A stretch of DNA of 29,945 bases from positions 1-29,945 of the IMG/VR virus record IMGVR_UViG_3300028898_000252. The stretch is one strand, 5' to 3'. The notes below the pieces were generated by a model, which worked only from the letters and a program-made list of their open reading frames with translations, was not told the DNA's origin and did not search any database. The DNA is from a virus (Duplodnaviria; Heunggongvirae; Uroviricota; Caudoviricetes). Made by a program: the position numbers and the translations under genes. Numbering within the stretch: position 1 is the first letter of the stretch; each line of letters begins with the position of its first letter. Shown here piece after piece: positions 16,307 to 24,187 of the stretch.

Positions 16307-16744
16307 TTATATATTAAAAATCGCGGGATTCTTGCAGTTCTTCAAACTCCAATCAATCCAAAACTCCAACCAAATCAATCTAGCTAAAACATCATCAAAT
16401 TTTGTGTCCATAAATCCTGGTACAGCGTTTGGATGCCTCGCGATCCAATTTGTTTTAGTTTCTTGAATCTTGGATAAGTGTTCTGGTTTTAAGATAAAAC
16501 AACCTGGGTGTGCGCTCATAAGACCACATTTTTCATCAAAAAAGAAATCATTGAGTTCTGCTTTTTTAACAAAATCATGCCATCCACCATAACTTGGGTG
16601 TCTGCCGTTTTTATTACTACTTAATGGATCGCCTGTAAAACTTGGAGCTACAGGCAAACATTTTTCGTGAACCCGAGGAATATACATTCCAGAGTATTTC
16701 TCTTTTTCAAGAACTGCTTCACCGATGTAGATACTGTATCCCAT
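16307..16744 (-). CDS. Conserved phage hypothetical protein
   Basis: MGYSIYIGEA...PSYGGWHDF...GLMSAHPGC...LARLIWLEFWIDW...NCKNPAI; recalled phage family, function unknown. Confidence 0.85.
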   Translation of the reverse strand: MGYSIYIGEAVLEKEKYSGMYIPRVHEKCLPVAPSFTGDPLSSNKNGRHPSYGGWHDFVKKAELNDFFFDEKCGLMSAHPGCFILKPEHLSKIQETKTNWIARHPNAVPGFMDTKFDDVLARLIWLEFWIDWSLKNCKNPAIFNI

Positions 16745-16749
16745 GTTTT

Positions 16750-16962
16750 TTATCTTTCTATAGCTGTTGAGTTCTTTTTTTGCCCACAATAAAAACACAC
16801 CAATTCCGCATATTGATTGTTTACCACTTTTGATAATTCATAATCATGTCTTCCAAACTTACAGAGCTGTTTACTCACTACAGGAATAGAACATGGATTA
16901 AACCTGTAAAAATTAATTGTTAAAACAATTTCTTCTATTTTTGATTTAAGTTTATCAATCAT
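16750..16962 (-). CDS. Small Cys/His protein (DUF1660-like)
   Basis: LCKFGRHDY...CFYCG. Confidence 0.7.
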   Translation of the reverse strand: MIDKLKSKIEEIVLTINFYRFNPCSIPVVSKQLCKFGRHDYELSKVVNNQYAELVCFYCGQKKNSTAIER

Positions 16963-17210
16963 TCTATTCCAAGATATGTTTCATATGAATGAATTATTCT
17001 ACAGTTGCTTCCAAAACCTTTGCAAGTTTCATGTCCAAGCGAACTGGAACATTTCCTGCTTCTGTGCCCACCAATAGCGGTAATGTTTTCAAACGGATCT
17101 AAACTTTCGCAATAAGAATTTATAATTTCAACTGTATGATTAGTTGAAAGATTCAAGTCTTTTTTACAAACCTGGTCCTGAAAAAGTGATATGTCTTTTA
17201 CTTTATCCAT
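16959..17210 (-). CDS. Small Cys-rich hypothetical protein
   Basis: 83 aa; ATGA overlap with the next gene. Confidence 0.7.
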   Translation of the reverse strand: MDKVKDISLFQDQVCKKDLNLSTNHTVEIINSYCESLDPFENITAIGGHRSRKCSSSLGHETCKGFGSNCRIIHSYETYLGIE

Positions 17211-17225
17211 TTTATTTTCTCTTTC

Positions 17226-17843
17226 TTACCACGCGAAACGAATATTCTTTTTTATAAGTTTTGGACTGATTTGTTCTTTTAATTCATCCGTCAAAATTTC
17301 ATCTGACATAAGAGTCACTCCAGTTCTAAACAATTTTTTTGAAAGTGTGAAATCGTCCAATAAACTATTAACAAATGCACTGTCGGCAAAATACGGCGCA
17401 GGACGACGGCATCTATAGCAATAACTTGTCGAAACAGGAATACAGAAACAAGTTAACTGTGCTTTCCTCATTTTGTAATCATCGAGGTCTTCTGATCTCT
17501 TTTTTTGTATTTCGGCTAACCGACACAAAAGTCCAACGAAATTCTTTTCTTGCATTTCATCAAGATTTGGTATTAAATGCCTGCAATCCTTTTCTCTTGC
17601 CCCAATCATATCCCAGCGTAACCAAAATCCATAATAACTTATTAGTGAGTTTCTTGAAATCCAATCCCACGCATAAATATTTTTATATGTTTTTACTTTA
17701 TTTGTGGTCTCGCAAAATTCACCTTCAACAAGATAAACACTTGGAATAAAACCTTGTTTTACGGTAGAAAGCGCGGCGCCAGTAAAGTGTTTGTAAAACA
17801 CCTTGTCTGAATTTTCTGTAATAAATCCATAAAACTGTTTCAT
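17226..17843 (-). CDS. Hypothetical protein with Cys cluster
   Basis: 205 aa; CFC...CYRC motif. Confidence 0.8.
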   Translation of the reverse strand: MKQFYGFITENSDKVFYKHFTGAALSTVKQGFIPSVYLVEGEFCETTNKVKTYKNIYAWDWISRNSLISYYGFWLRWDMIGAREKDCRHLIPNLDEMQEKNFVGLLCRLAEIQKKRSEDLDDYKMRKAQLTCFCIPVSTSYCYRCRRPAPYFADSAFVNSLLDDFTLSKKLFRTGVTLMSDEILTDELKEQISPKLIKKNIRFAW

Positions 17844-17852
17844 TGTCTTATC

Positions 17853-18356
17853 CTATTGTTGTTTTTTGATTGATTTTATTATTTCATACTCTTCTCTGGT
17901 TTCAAACCTAAGACGAGTACCTACTTCAGAAACCAATCCAAGCTCAACATATTTGTTAAAACCTTTATTACCAATATATGATATAATCTTCTCCACAGAC
18001 CAAGGTTTATCATTTACTCCTTTTTCAGAAGCCCAGTGAGTCATTCCAGAAGTTGTATGAACACAGATTTCTGAAATGTAGTTTCCAGAAACTCCTCTAC
18101 CAAAATGAGCAGAACACCAACAATTTGGATTAGTCTTTAAACAAGAAAGATTCTTTTCGGCTTTATTTGAAATTATACGTCTAAAATCAATTGGGCTCCA
18201 ATATAAAACAACCTTGTTCACAGTGTGATTAAAACAATCTACCCCATTGAAAACATCTCCAGGTTTCAAATTCATCATCCAAACAAAAATCAAAATCAAT
18301 ATAGTCTCCACCACCAATTCCAATGTCAGATTGAACCTCTCCCTCGAAACTATCAT
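17853..18356 (-). CDS. Paralog of 20301-20795 with an apparently chimeric N-terminus
   Basis: WMMNLKPGD...NHTV...RLRFETREE aligns by eye with WAMNLKPGD...NHIV...RLRSATEEE. The first ~25 aa come from an alternative frame of the broken Zn-finger gene; the start could be 18278. Confidence 0.7.
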   Translation of the reverse strand: MIVSRERFNLTLELVVETILILIFVWMMNLKPGDVFNGVDCFNHTVNKVVLYWSPIDFRRIISNKAEKNLSCLKTNPNCWCSAHFGRGVSGNYISEICVHTTSGMTHWASEKGVNDKPWSVEKIISYIGNKGFNKYVELGLVSEVGTRLRFETREEYEIIKSIKKQQ

Positions 18357-18452
18357 TTGTTTTTAAAAATTTAACCACACACACAAGTCAGATGTTTTTC
18401 CGTTAACATGGACAAGTCTTTCAGACTGGCACCTCATACACTTTTTATTCAT
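18279..18452 (-). pseudogene. Frameshifted, truncated Zn-finger gene (paralog of 5409-5639)
   Basis: ATGA-coupled start at 18452 gives MNKKCMRCQSERLVHVNGKTSDLC. The -1 frame continues ...KTNDSFEGEVQSDIGIGGGDYIDFDFCLD and then runs into the next gene. Confidence 0.75.
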
Positions 18453-19036
18453 TTAGATTCTCCTTTAGACGGTTGCCCCAACCATTCTTCAATCTTGGTT
18501 ATAAGCTCGTCAAACCCACTGTAAAAAGCTTGTGTTGGATTCTGACTTGAAGAGAATGTGATTGACTCTGTTGCGGTTTTAGACGCGGCAACAAGCATGT
18601 AATCTGCCCCAACTTTGTTAAGTTTAAAATCATAAGAAATTCCATTCTCTAGAGAGAGTTCTCCAGTATATTTCAAACGAACATTCTCATCTCCAACAAA
18701 ATAAGAATCGTAATAAGGATCGTTAATCAGGTTATACAATTCTTGTAAAAATCCTTGGTCTGGATATTCCTCTTCTTTGTGAGCTTCAAACTCTTCTCGA
18801 ATTCTTTTCCAAAATTTTTGCTGCTCTTTGGATAAAATCTTTAACTCGCTAATAAATGTTTCTATATGATTTCCATCGACAGTATAAGATATTTCAGACG
18901 ATTCGTTTCCTTGAACTAATAATGAATCTATGTTTTGAATGACTTCGCACTGAATATCGGAAATTTTCTTCACAGAAAACTTCGCGCAACATTCCAACAT
19001 GCCATAAAACTTAAATTCATTCTTTTGTTGTTCCAT
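18449..19036 (-). CDS. Hypothetical protein
   Basis: 195-aa ORF in the array. Confidence 0.8.
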   Translation of the reverse strand: MEQQKNEFKFYGMLECCAKFSVKKISDIQCEVIQNIDSLLVQGNESSEISYTVDGNHIETFISELKILSKEQQKFWKRIREEFEAHKEEEYPDQGFLQELYNLINDPYYDSYFVGDENVRLKYTGELSLENGISYDFKLNKVGADYMLVAASKTATESITFSSSQNPTQAFYSGFDELITKIEEWLGQPSKGESK

Positions 19037-19039
19037 AGT

Positions 19040-19288
19040 TTATTCTTCTTTGTATTCGGGGCAGTCCTTGAGGAAACCTTGAGAAAAGGTTTTGCTTGCA
19101 TCTTTCACTTCAATATAAATTCTTCTCCTATATGGTCCAACAGCATTACCAATTGTAATAGAAATAACTGAACCCGTAAAAAACATTCTTTGAGTTATAC
19201 TTTTTCTTGACTGTATTTTTTCTTCGCCGTGAAAGAAAATACATAGAACGTCTTGTGTTTTATCATATGTTGTTTTACAAAGCTGCAT
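19040..19288 (-). CDS. DUF2283-like protein (divergent)
   Basis: TTYDKTQDVLCIFF...IYIEVKDASKTF. Confidence 0.6.
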   Translation of the reverse strand: MQLCKTTYDKTQDVLCIFFHGEEKIQSRKSITQRMFFTGSVISITIGNAVGPYRRRIYIEVKDASKTFSQGFLKDCPEYKEE

Positions 19289-19343
19289 TTTTATTTTGTT
19301 ATCCTTTTTCTTTATTGACTATTTGCAATATTTTACATCAAAA

Positions 19344-20012
19344 TTAATATTCAATTTTTTCTTGATTTGAAGGTTGTGGTAATAAAGAAACACGAGTTCT
19401 TAAATTTAAAATATAACGAGGATATTCCACGGGCGGCAAAACTTCGTGAATTACTTGATTTCCATTTCCGAATCCTGGTGCCCTCAAAAACATTACTGTT
19501 CCAGACTGAGTTTCAAACTCATCTATCTGTTCAATAAAACTATAGTCTACTGGTTCTGTTAAAGACTTGTATATTTTTATTTTGGCTTTACCACTTATCG
19601 TAAATGTCAGCGAAAGTTTCTTATCACTCCACCTATCTCTATGAGGAGAAATATAATCTTTCGGCGATCTATATTTCTGATATCCTATTTCATTTGGATA
19701 CCAACCAGAAAGTTCAAAAAACTTTTCCAGACCATTTAGCTTCTTTAGTTGTTTGCAAAGAGCGTTTGCAATTGGAGTATTAACATCTCCTAACATTGAA
19801 TAATATCTTTCATGAGATTGTGTAACTTTATACGTTTTATTTTGATTTATTGGATTAATAATATGATTACCATATTCAAGTGGTAAAAATTTTACTTCTT
19901 TTAAAAGTTTTTCTATAAGGTCTGAATCTGTTTCATTTGAAAAACAATATCCATTTTCATATGTTTTTTGCAAACAGTCAACTATATCAAATCTTTCTGT
20001 AAAGACCTTCAT
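19344..20012 (-). CDS. 2OG-Fe(II) oxygenase (AlkB-like)
   Basis: ISPHRD (HxD), SLTFTISG, VIHEV (distal His), RYILNLR. Start at MKVFTE (20012). Confidence 0.85.
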   Translation of the reverse strand: MKVFTERFDIVDCLQKTYENGYCFSNETDSDLIEKLLKEVKFLPLEYGNHIINPINQNKTYKVTQSHERYYSMLGDVNTPIANALCKQLKKLNGLEKFFELSGWYPNEIGYQKYRSPKDYISPHRDRWSDKKLSLTFTISGKAKIKIYKSLTEPVDYSFIEQIDEFETQSGTVMFLRAPGFGNGNQVIHEVLPPVEYPRYILNLRTRVSLLPQPSNQEKIEY

Positions 20013-20013
20013 T

Positions 20014-20292
20014 CTAAGGTCGGTCGCTTTCTTTTTCTTCTGATTCAAGTTGTTCACAGCCATCGAGAAATTTTTGAGTAAATATATTCGAAGCACCTAA
20101 AAACTCAAGACCAACCAAAGTGCTAAACCCAGCAATTTTGGCATAATCAGCCATAAAAGAAACTCCTCCTGGGGTTTCCAACTCTTCTGTTTTTGAGACC
20201 TCATATCCGTTCACATGAGTCAAGTACAAATAAACCGCATCAGCAAGTTTATCGTATGTTGCCCTGTGAACCAGTTTTTTCTTTGTTGCCAT
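20014..20292 (-). CDS. DUF2283-like protein
   Basis: ATYDKLADAVYLYL...MADYAKI...LVGLEFLGAS matches the YD..AD.LYI.L...D....LVGIEIL.AS pattern. Confidence 0.75.
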   Translation of the reverse strand: MATKKKLVHRATYDKLADAVYLYLTHVNGYEVSKTEELETPGGVSFMADYAKIAGFSTLVGLEFLGASNIFTQKFLDGCEQLESEEKESDRP

Positions 20293-20300
20293 TTTAGTTT

Positions 20301-20795
20301 CTACTTTCTTTTATGAGTTTTTGATTTACTGTAAAAACTTTCAATAAAGGCATTTTCTTCTTCTGTTGCCGAACGAAGTCTGTATCCGTTTTTATCAATA
20401 ATTCCGAACTCAATCATTTTATCAACAACCGAACCTGATATTCCACCATCAAAATAATTCCTTATTTGTTCTATTGGCCACGCTGGTTCAATACAGCCTG
20501 TCTCCGAAATGGAATGTAACCATCCATCTGTTGTAAAAATATCAACGTCCAAAACGAACACACCTCCTGGGCATCGCCCAAACGATGCACGATTATCTTT
20601 AATGATTTTCATTCTTGGTGAGACTGTTTGCCATATAATTTTAATAGATTTTACGATATGATTCCAAGAATCATATGAGTTAATACCATCTCCAGGTTTT
20701 AGATTCATTGCCCAGACATAATCTTTTCTCTTTTGTTTAGAAAAGAGCCTATGGAAAACTCTATTTGTTGTTCCTCTAGTAAGTCTAGTTTTCAT
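20301..20795 (-). CDS. Hypothetical protein, paralog of 17853-18356
   Basis: Shared MNLKPGD...NH.V and C-terminal G.RLR..T.EE. Confidence 0.85.
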   Translation of the reverse strand: MKTRLTRGTTNRVFHRLFSKQKRKDYVWAMNLKPGDGINSYDSWNHIVKSIKIIWQTVSPRMKIIKDNRASFGRCPGGVFVLDVDIFTTDGWLHSISETGCIEPAWPIEQIRNYFDGGISGSVVDKMIEFGIIDKNGYRLRSATEEENAFIESFYSKSKTHKRK

Positions 20796-21398
20796 TCACT
20801 TTCTTTCCAGAACTGTTGAGTGAATAAATCCACCTAGTTTTGACAGATCAGAAACAACATGAAAACGATTCGAAAACATTTTAATTGTTTCTCTGTCGAT
20901 ATTGCACCCAAATTCTTCCTTTGCTTTCTTTTCGACAAACTTCAAAAGAAGTTTCATAAAAAAACTTTCTGGTTTAACATGCTCAAGAAGTAGAATCTTT
21001 CCTTTTTCTGAAAGGACTCGATCCACCTCGTTCATAACTGTTTCTGGATTTCCAAATGTACAAAACCCAAGTTGGCAGACAACAAAATCCATTGAGTTTG
21101 AAGGAATGTCAACCATTGATTCAACATCTGATTGAATTGGCTTAAATTGAATTCCGTGATACAAAGCTTTTCGTTTTGCCGCTTCTAATGCCTCAGAAGA
21201 AATATCAACTCCAGTAACTTCGCAGTCTTGTTCTTGATACAGTGACAAACCTTTGCCTGTCGAAACAGCGAGCTCAAGAACTTTTCCTTTAATTGGGCCA
21301 GCTGTTTCTTTCAGCTTTTGCCGCATAGGAGAAAACAAGTGTTTCTCGGCAAAGTCTGTTTTCTCATCATACGTTCCGTCTCTGTACACCTGTTTCAT
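20796..21398 (-). CDS. Class I SAM-dependent methyltransferase (PmtA/METTL7-like)
   Basis: VLELAVSTG (degenerate motif I), VTGVDIS, DFVVCQLGFC, RVLSEKGKILLLEHV, GCNIDR. Confidence 0.9.
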   Translation of the reverse strand: MKQVYRDGTYDEKTDFAEKHLFSPMRQKLKETAGPIKGKVLELAVSTGKGLSLYQEQDCEVTGVDISSEALEAAKRKALYHGIQFKPIQSDVESMVDIPSNSMDFVVCQLGFCTFGNPETVMNEVDRVLSEKGKILLLEHVKPESFFMKLLLKFVEKKAKEEFGCNIDRETIKMFSNRFHVVSDLSKLGGFIHSTVLERK

Positions 21399-21477
21399 TA
21401 CTTGTTTCCTTTGTTGATTGGTTTTGCTTCAAATGTTTTTAAGTTAACCAATATTTCTTCATTCGAATCAAAAAATT

Positions 21478-21933
21478 TTAACTTTTGCCATTTTGAAAAA
21501 ATGACTTCTTTGTTTGGATTACTCCTTCAAATAAAAGTCTTTGATAGTCTTCAAAAGATTTGATTATGACTAAATTCGAATTTTTCGTTTTCAGCGAAAC
21601 AACGCTAGGTTTACCGAGAATTGTACTACCAGTAGTAGAGTCAAAATGATAATTATTTTTTATTATATCAAATTGATTTTGAGAATCAAACCTTGTCACA
21701 TTATAAAAAAATGGTCTAACTATTTGAAAAACTGGTTCTGCGCATCTTTCACAATAAGACTTAAACATCAGTAGATTACACTGGCTATAAAACACAACGG
21801 CTGTATAATTTTGTAGATGATCGCCCCATTTTGTGCTAAACCTTTTATGTCCCAACAATCTACACAGCAAATGGCCTTTTGATTTTGGGGTTGAATCAGC
21901 CAAAACGAGACCAGTTTCTTGATTGCGGTACAT
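21478..21933 (-). CDS. Hypothetical protein (DUF1660-like N-terminus); possible -1 C-terminal extension to 21398
   Basis: LLCRLLGHK...CERC; the -1 frame stays open across the 80-nt gap. Confidence 0.75.
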   Translation of the reverse strand: MYRNQETGLVLADSTPKSKGHLLCRLLGHKRFSTKWGDHLQNYTAVVFYSQCNLLMFKSYCERCAEPVFQIVRPFFYNVTRFDSQNQFDIIKNNYHFDSTTGSTILGKPSVVSLKTKNSNLVIIKSFEDYQRLLFEGVIQTKKSFFQNGKS

Positions 21934-21994
21934 GGTTGCCTCTGAGCGTAGGTATGCACTGATAGAGTAGCTGTAAATCCCTAGAAGAAAACCA

Positions 21995-22443
21995 TTAGAA
22001 AAATTCGTTTTTTAGTGCTGTGAGACTATCAGACAGCAAGTTATTTTCGGTAACTTCTTTTAGTTCCCAATTTGCTGGTGCAATATCTGCGCGATAATTA
22101 TAACTTTCTTCATCGCGATAGGGAAGAAAAAATACAGAAACAAGTTTTTTTCGTTTTAAACGATATTCATTGATACATTTTTTTATTACTTTTCCGAGAG
22201 AAGTTTTTTGAAACTTGCTTGTTAAAGAATTAAACATATCAACCGTTTGAACTTTATCAAGTTCATTTAACATTTCTTTTATTTCGTTTTCGAAAACTAA
22301 TTTTTGTTCTGGAGAGTCTACTGCGGGAGGCTTTAAACCCTCTTCTCGGAACTTTTCAAGAAAGTCTTTCCCCGCAAGAACTAATGCTTTTCAGATGTGA
22401 AAAGATGAACACCACTTTCAGGGTGAGATGTTAAAATGAACAT
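21995..22443 (-). pseudogene. Gene split by a -1 frameshift near 22388-22395 (FSSE-family-like)
   Basis: ATG 22443 gives MFILTSHPESGVHLFTSEKH*; the -1 frame continues ALVLAGKDFLEKF...EIKEMLNELDK into track ORF 21995..22273. Confidence 0.7.
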
Positions 22444-22445
22444 AG

Positions 22446-22904
22446 TTAATGCCTAACAAACTTAAACCTTGTTTCTTTTAGGAGTTCTTCCTTTGGAGAA
22501 AATTCATGAATTTCAATGGAGTCAAGGCTAACTCCCCAATGTTTCCATTCTGGGCTAACTTCAACCTCTTCTGCCTTTTTGGTTGCAAGCTCTCTAGTTT
22601 CGTGTACTGATTCTAATTTAATATTTCCTTTAGTAGAGCTAAAGGAGTCATATTCTGTAAAGAATACTATTACTGCATATACATTTTCAGCTTCATAAAT
22701 TTCTTTTGAAACTTCCACATCACCATATCCATCCTTAACAAAACTCTGTTTTCTCAAATGTTGAATATTATGAGTTAAAATTCTTGGTTTTCTTTCATAA
22801 GAACTACCCTTGCAACGTTCGCCGCCAGTTGAAGTAGTTTCACAAACCAAAGTCATGTAATATGAAAGTTCTTTTGAGTCACTTGTTTCTTTGTGCCGCT
22901 GCAT
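22446..22904 (-). CDS. Hypothetical protein
   Basis: 152-aa ORF; C-terminal half VYAVIVF...SVHETRELA resembles the FSSE family. Confidence 0.75.
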   Translation of the reverse strand: MQRHKETSDSKELSYYMTLVCETTSTGGERCKGSSYERKPRILTHNIQHLRKQSFVKDGYGDVEVSKEIYEAENVYAVIVFFTEYDSFSSTKGNIKLESVHETRELATKKAEEVEVSPEWKHWGVSLDSIEIHEFSPKEELLKETRFKFVRH

Positions 22905-23247
22905 TGAATTCCTTTTCCCATCTTTTCTTGTTTTCTTCTTCTAGTTTAATTGATTCTTCTGAACGAATCAATTTGCCATTATCAAAATAATGATACCTAA
23001 AATCAGATATACAATGCGAGGCTGCGGTGGTAATATAGCCAATTTCTTCTTTAGAATAAGTTTTAGAAAGAAGGTCTCTATCAATTGCATGATTAAAACA
23101 CTTTATCCCCTCCCAGGAAGCATGTTTGACAGGAAACCCATATGAAGCGAGTAGGTCTCTCAGTTTTTGTTTTTCCTCTTTTGGAAGACCAAAAACATCA
23201 TATGGGATTAATTTAATATCAAGCTTTTCTTTTGGGAGAGAATCCAT
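22879..23247 (-). CDS. Hypothetical protein
   Basis: 122-aa ORF in the array. Confidence 0.75.
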   Translation of the reverse strand: MDSLPKEKLDIKLIPYDVFGLPKEEKQKLRDLLASYGFPVKHASWEGIKCFNHAIDRDLLSKTYSKEEIGYITTAASHCISDFRYHYFDNGKLIRSEESIKLEEENKKRWEKEFNAAAQRNK

Positions 23248-23251
23248 TTTT

Positions 23252-23419
23252 TTACTCCTTATTCTTTTTGCTGATTTTAGAGACGCCTGTTATGACTGCC
23301 CCGAACGCGGCATCCACAATCGAAGAAACAATGTTTCTTTCAATTCTCTTTACCGCTGTCTTCACAACCTTCTCCGCAAGCGAAGCAGGAATTGATTTTT
23401 TAGCTTTTGGTTTTGCCAT
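23252..23419 (-). CDS. Small basic amphipathic protein (55 aa)
   Basis: Start at MAKPKAKK (23419); the track start lies in the tRNA. Confidence 0.65.
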   Translation of the reverse strand: MAKPKAKKSIPASLAEKVVKTAVKRIERNIVSSIVDAAFGAVITGVSKISKKNKE

Positions 23420-23454
23420 TTTATTTCTTTTCTCTTTTTGGTTTATTGTTTTAG

Positions 23455-23541
23455 AGGATAGCACAGGATTCGAACCTGTGGAACTCGTTAGAGTTCAGAA
23501 GTTTTCTAGACTTCCGCCTTAAACCGCTCGGCCAGCTATCC
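23455..23541 (-). tRNA. trnS: tRNA-Ser(AGA), long variable arm, no encoded CCA
   Basis: GGATAGC-TG-GCC-GAGCGGTTTAA-GGC-G-GAAGT-CTAGAAA-ACTTC-TGAACTCTAACGAGTTCC-ACAGG-TTCGAAT-CCTGT-GCTATCC-T; anticodon AGA. Confidence 0.9.
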
Positions 23542-23585
23542 ATTATTTTACTATTATAATTTAACTAGTTTTATTTTGCAGTAGC

Positions 23586-24155
23586 TTACATAAGTTTTTG
23601 AATAATTGCCAAACAAATTTTTATATGTTTATTTAAATCGACTGGATCTGGATCGCCAGAAATAAACCGAAATATTTTTCCTGTTTCTAGTTTAAATTCA
23701 AGAATATTATCTTCTGCAACTCTTATATAAACAATATTTTTATATGCAAATTTTTGATCAAAACCATCCTTTCCGTCAAATAACATTTCCTTTTCAAAAA
23801 GTTTTAGATTGCCATGTTTAACATCATAATTATTTCTTAGTTCTCTTTTGAGAGAACCATTAAATTCTCCATATAGTTTTTTGGTACCATATTTTATGGG
23901 TTCTAAAACCAAACCATTAATTTTCTCTTTAATCTTGTTTTCTTTTTCTTGTTGTTTCTTTATTTTTTCCTGTAAAATTTTATTTTTAATCTTTCGTCTT
24001 TCTTCTTTAAGAGAATCAAAATTTGAAAATTCAACTCTAGTCGCATTTGAAATCTTCTTCGTTTTAATAGATTCCCACAATAAATACACCTTGTCTTCCA
24101 AGAAAGGATCTTGTTTTGAAGAACATATCAAACCTATCAATTGTTCTTCTTTCAT
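23586..24155 (-). CDS. Hypothetical protein; may take an N-terminal TM anchor from 24250 via -1 shift
   Basis: ORF track 23586..24317; first plausible ATG is MKEEQ at 24155. Confidence 0.75.
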   Translation of the reverse strand: MKEEQLIGLICSSKQDPFLEDKVYLLWESIKTKKISNATRVEFSNFDSLKEERRKIKNKILQEKIKKQQEKENKIKEKINGLVLEPIKYGTKKLYGEFNGSLKRELRNNYDVKHGNLKLFEKEMLFDGKDGFDQKFAYKNIVYIRVAEDNILEFKLETGKIFRFISGDPDPVDLNKHIKICLAIIQKLM

Positions 24156-24187
24156 TTTTAAAACTTTTTTATTTATGAAATAACCAT

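Noticed and set aside
20281-20310. -1 slip at AGA_AAG_TAG would fuse the 20301 gene to DUF2283
   Set aside because: Both genes are complete with their own start and stop; the frame match has a 1-in-3 chance.
14893-21398. DNA hypermodification cluster (glycosyltransferase, 2OG oxygenase, methyltransferase)
   Set aside because: The genes are separated by unrelated ORFs, and their subtypes (GT2-TPR, AlkB-like, PmtA-like) do not match TET/JBP-linked base-modification pathways.
21940-21985. Promoter TTTACA…ATACCT upstream of 21933
   Set aside because: No TAnnnT hexamer at 16-17 bp spacing; too ambiguous to call.
23495-23515. Reading the Ser tRNA loop (…TCTAGAA…) as a CUA amber suppressor, implying TAG recoding
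   Set aside because: The 5-bp stem GAAGT/ACTTC fixes the loop as CTAGAAA (anticodon AGA). Long genes are intact under code 11, and reading through the TAGs at 22381 and 24188 does not restore the genes.
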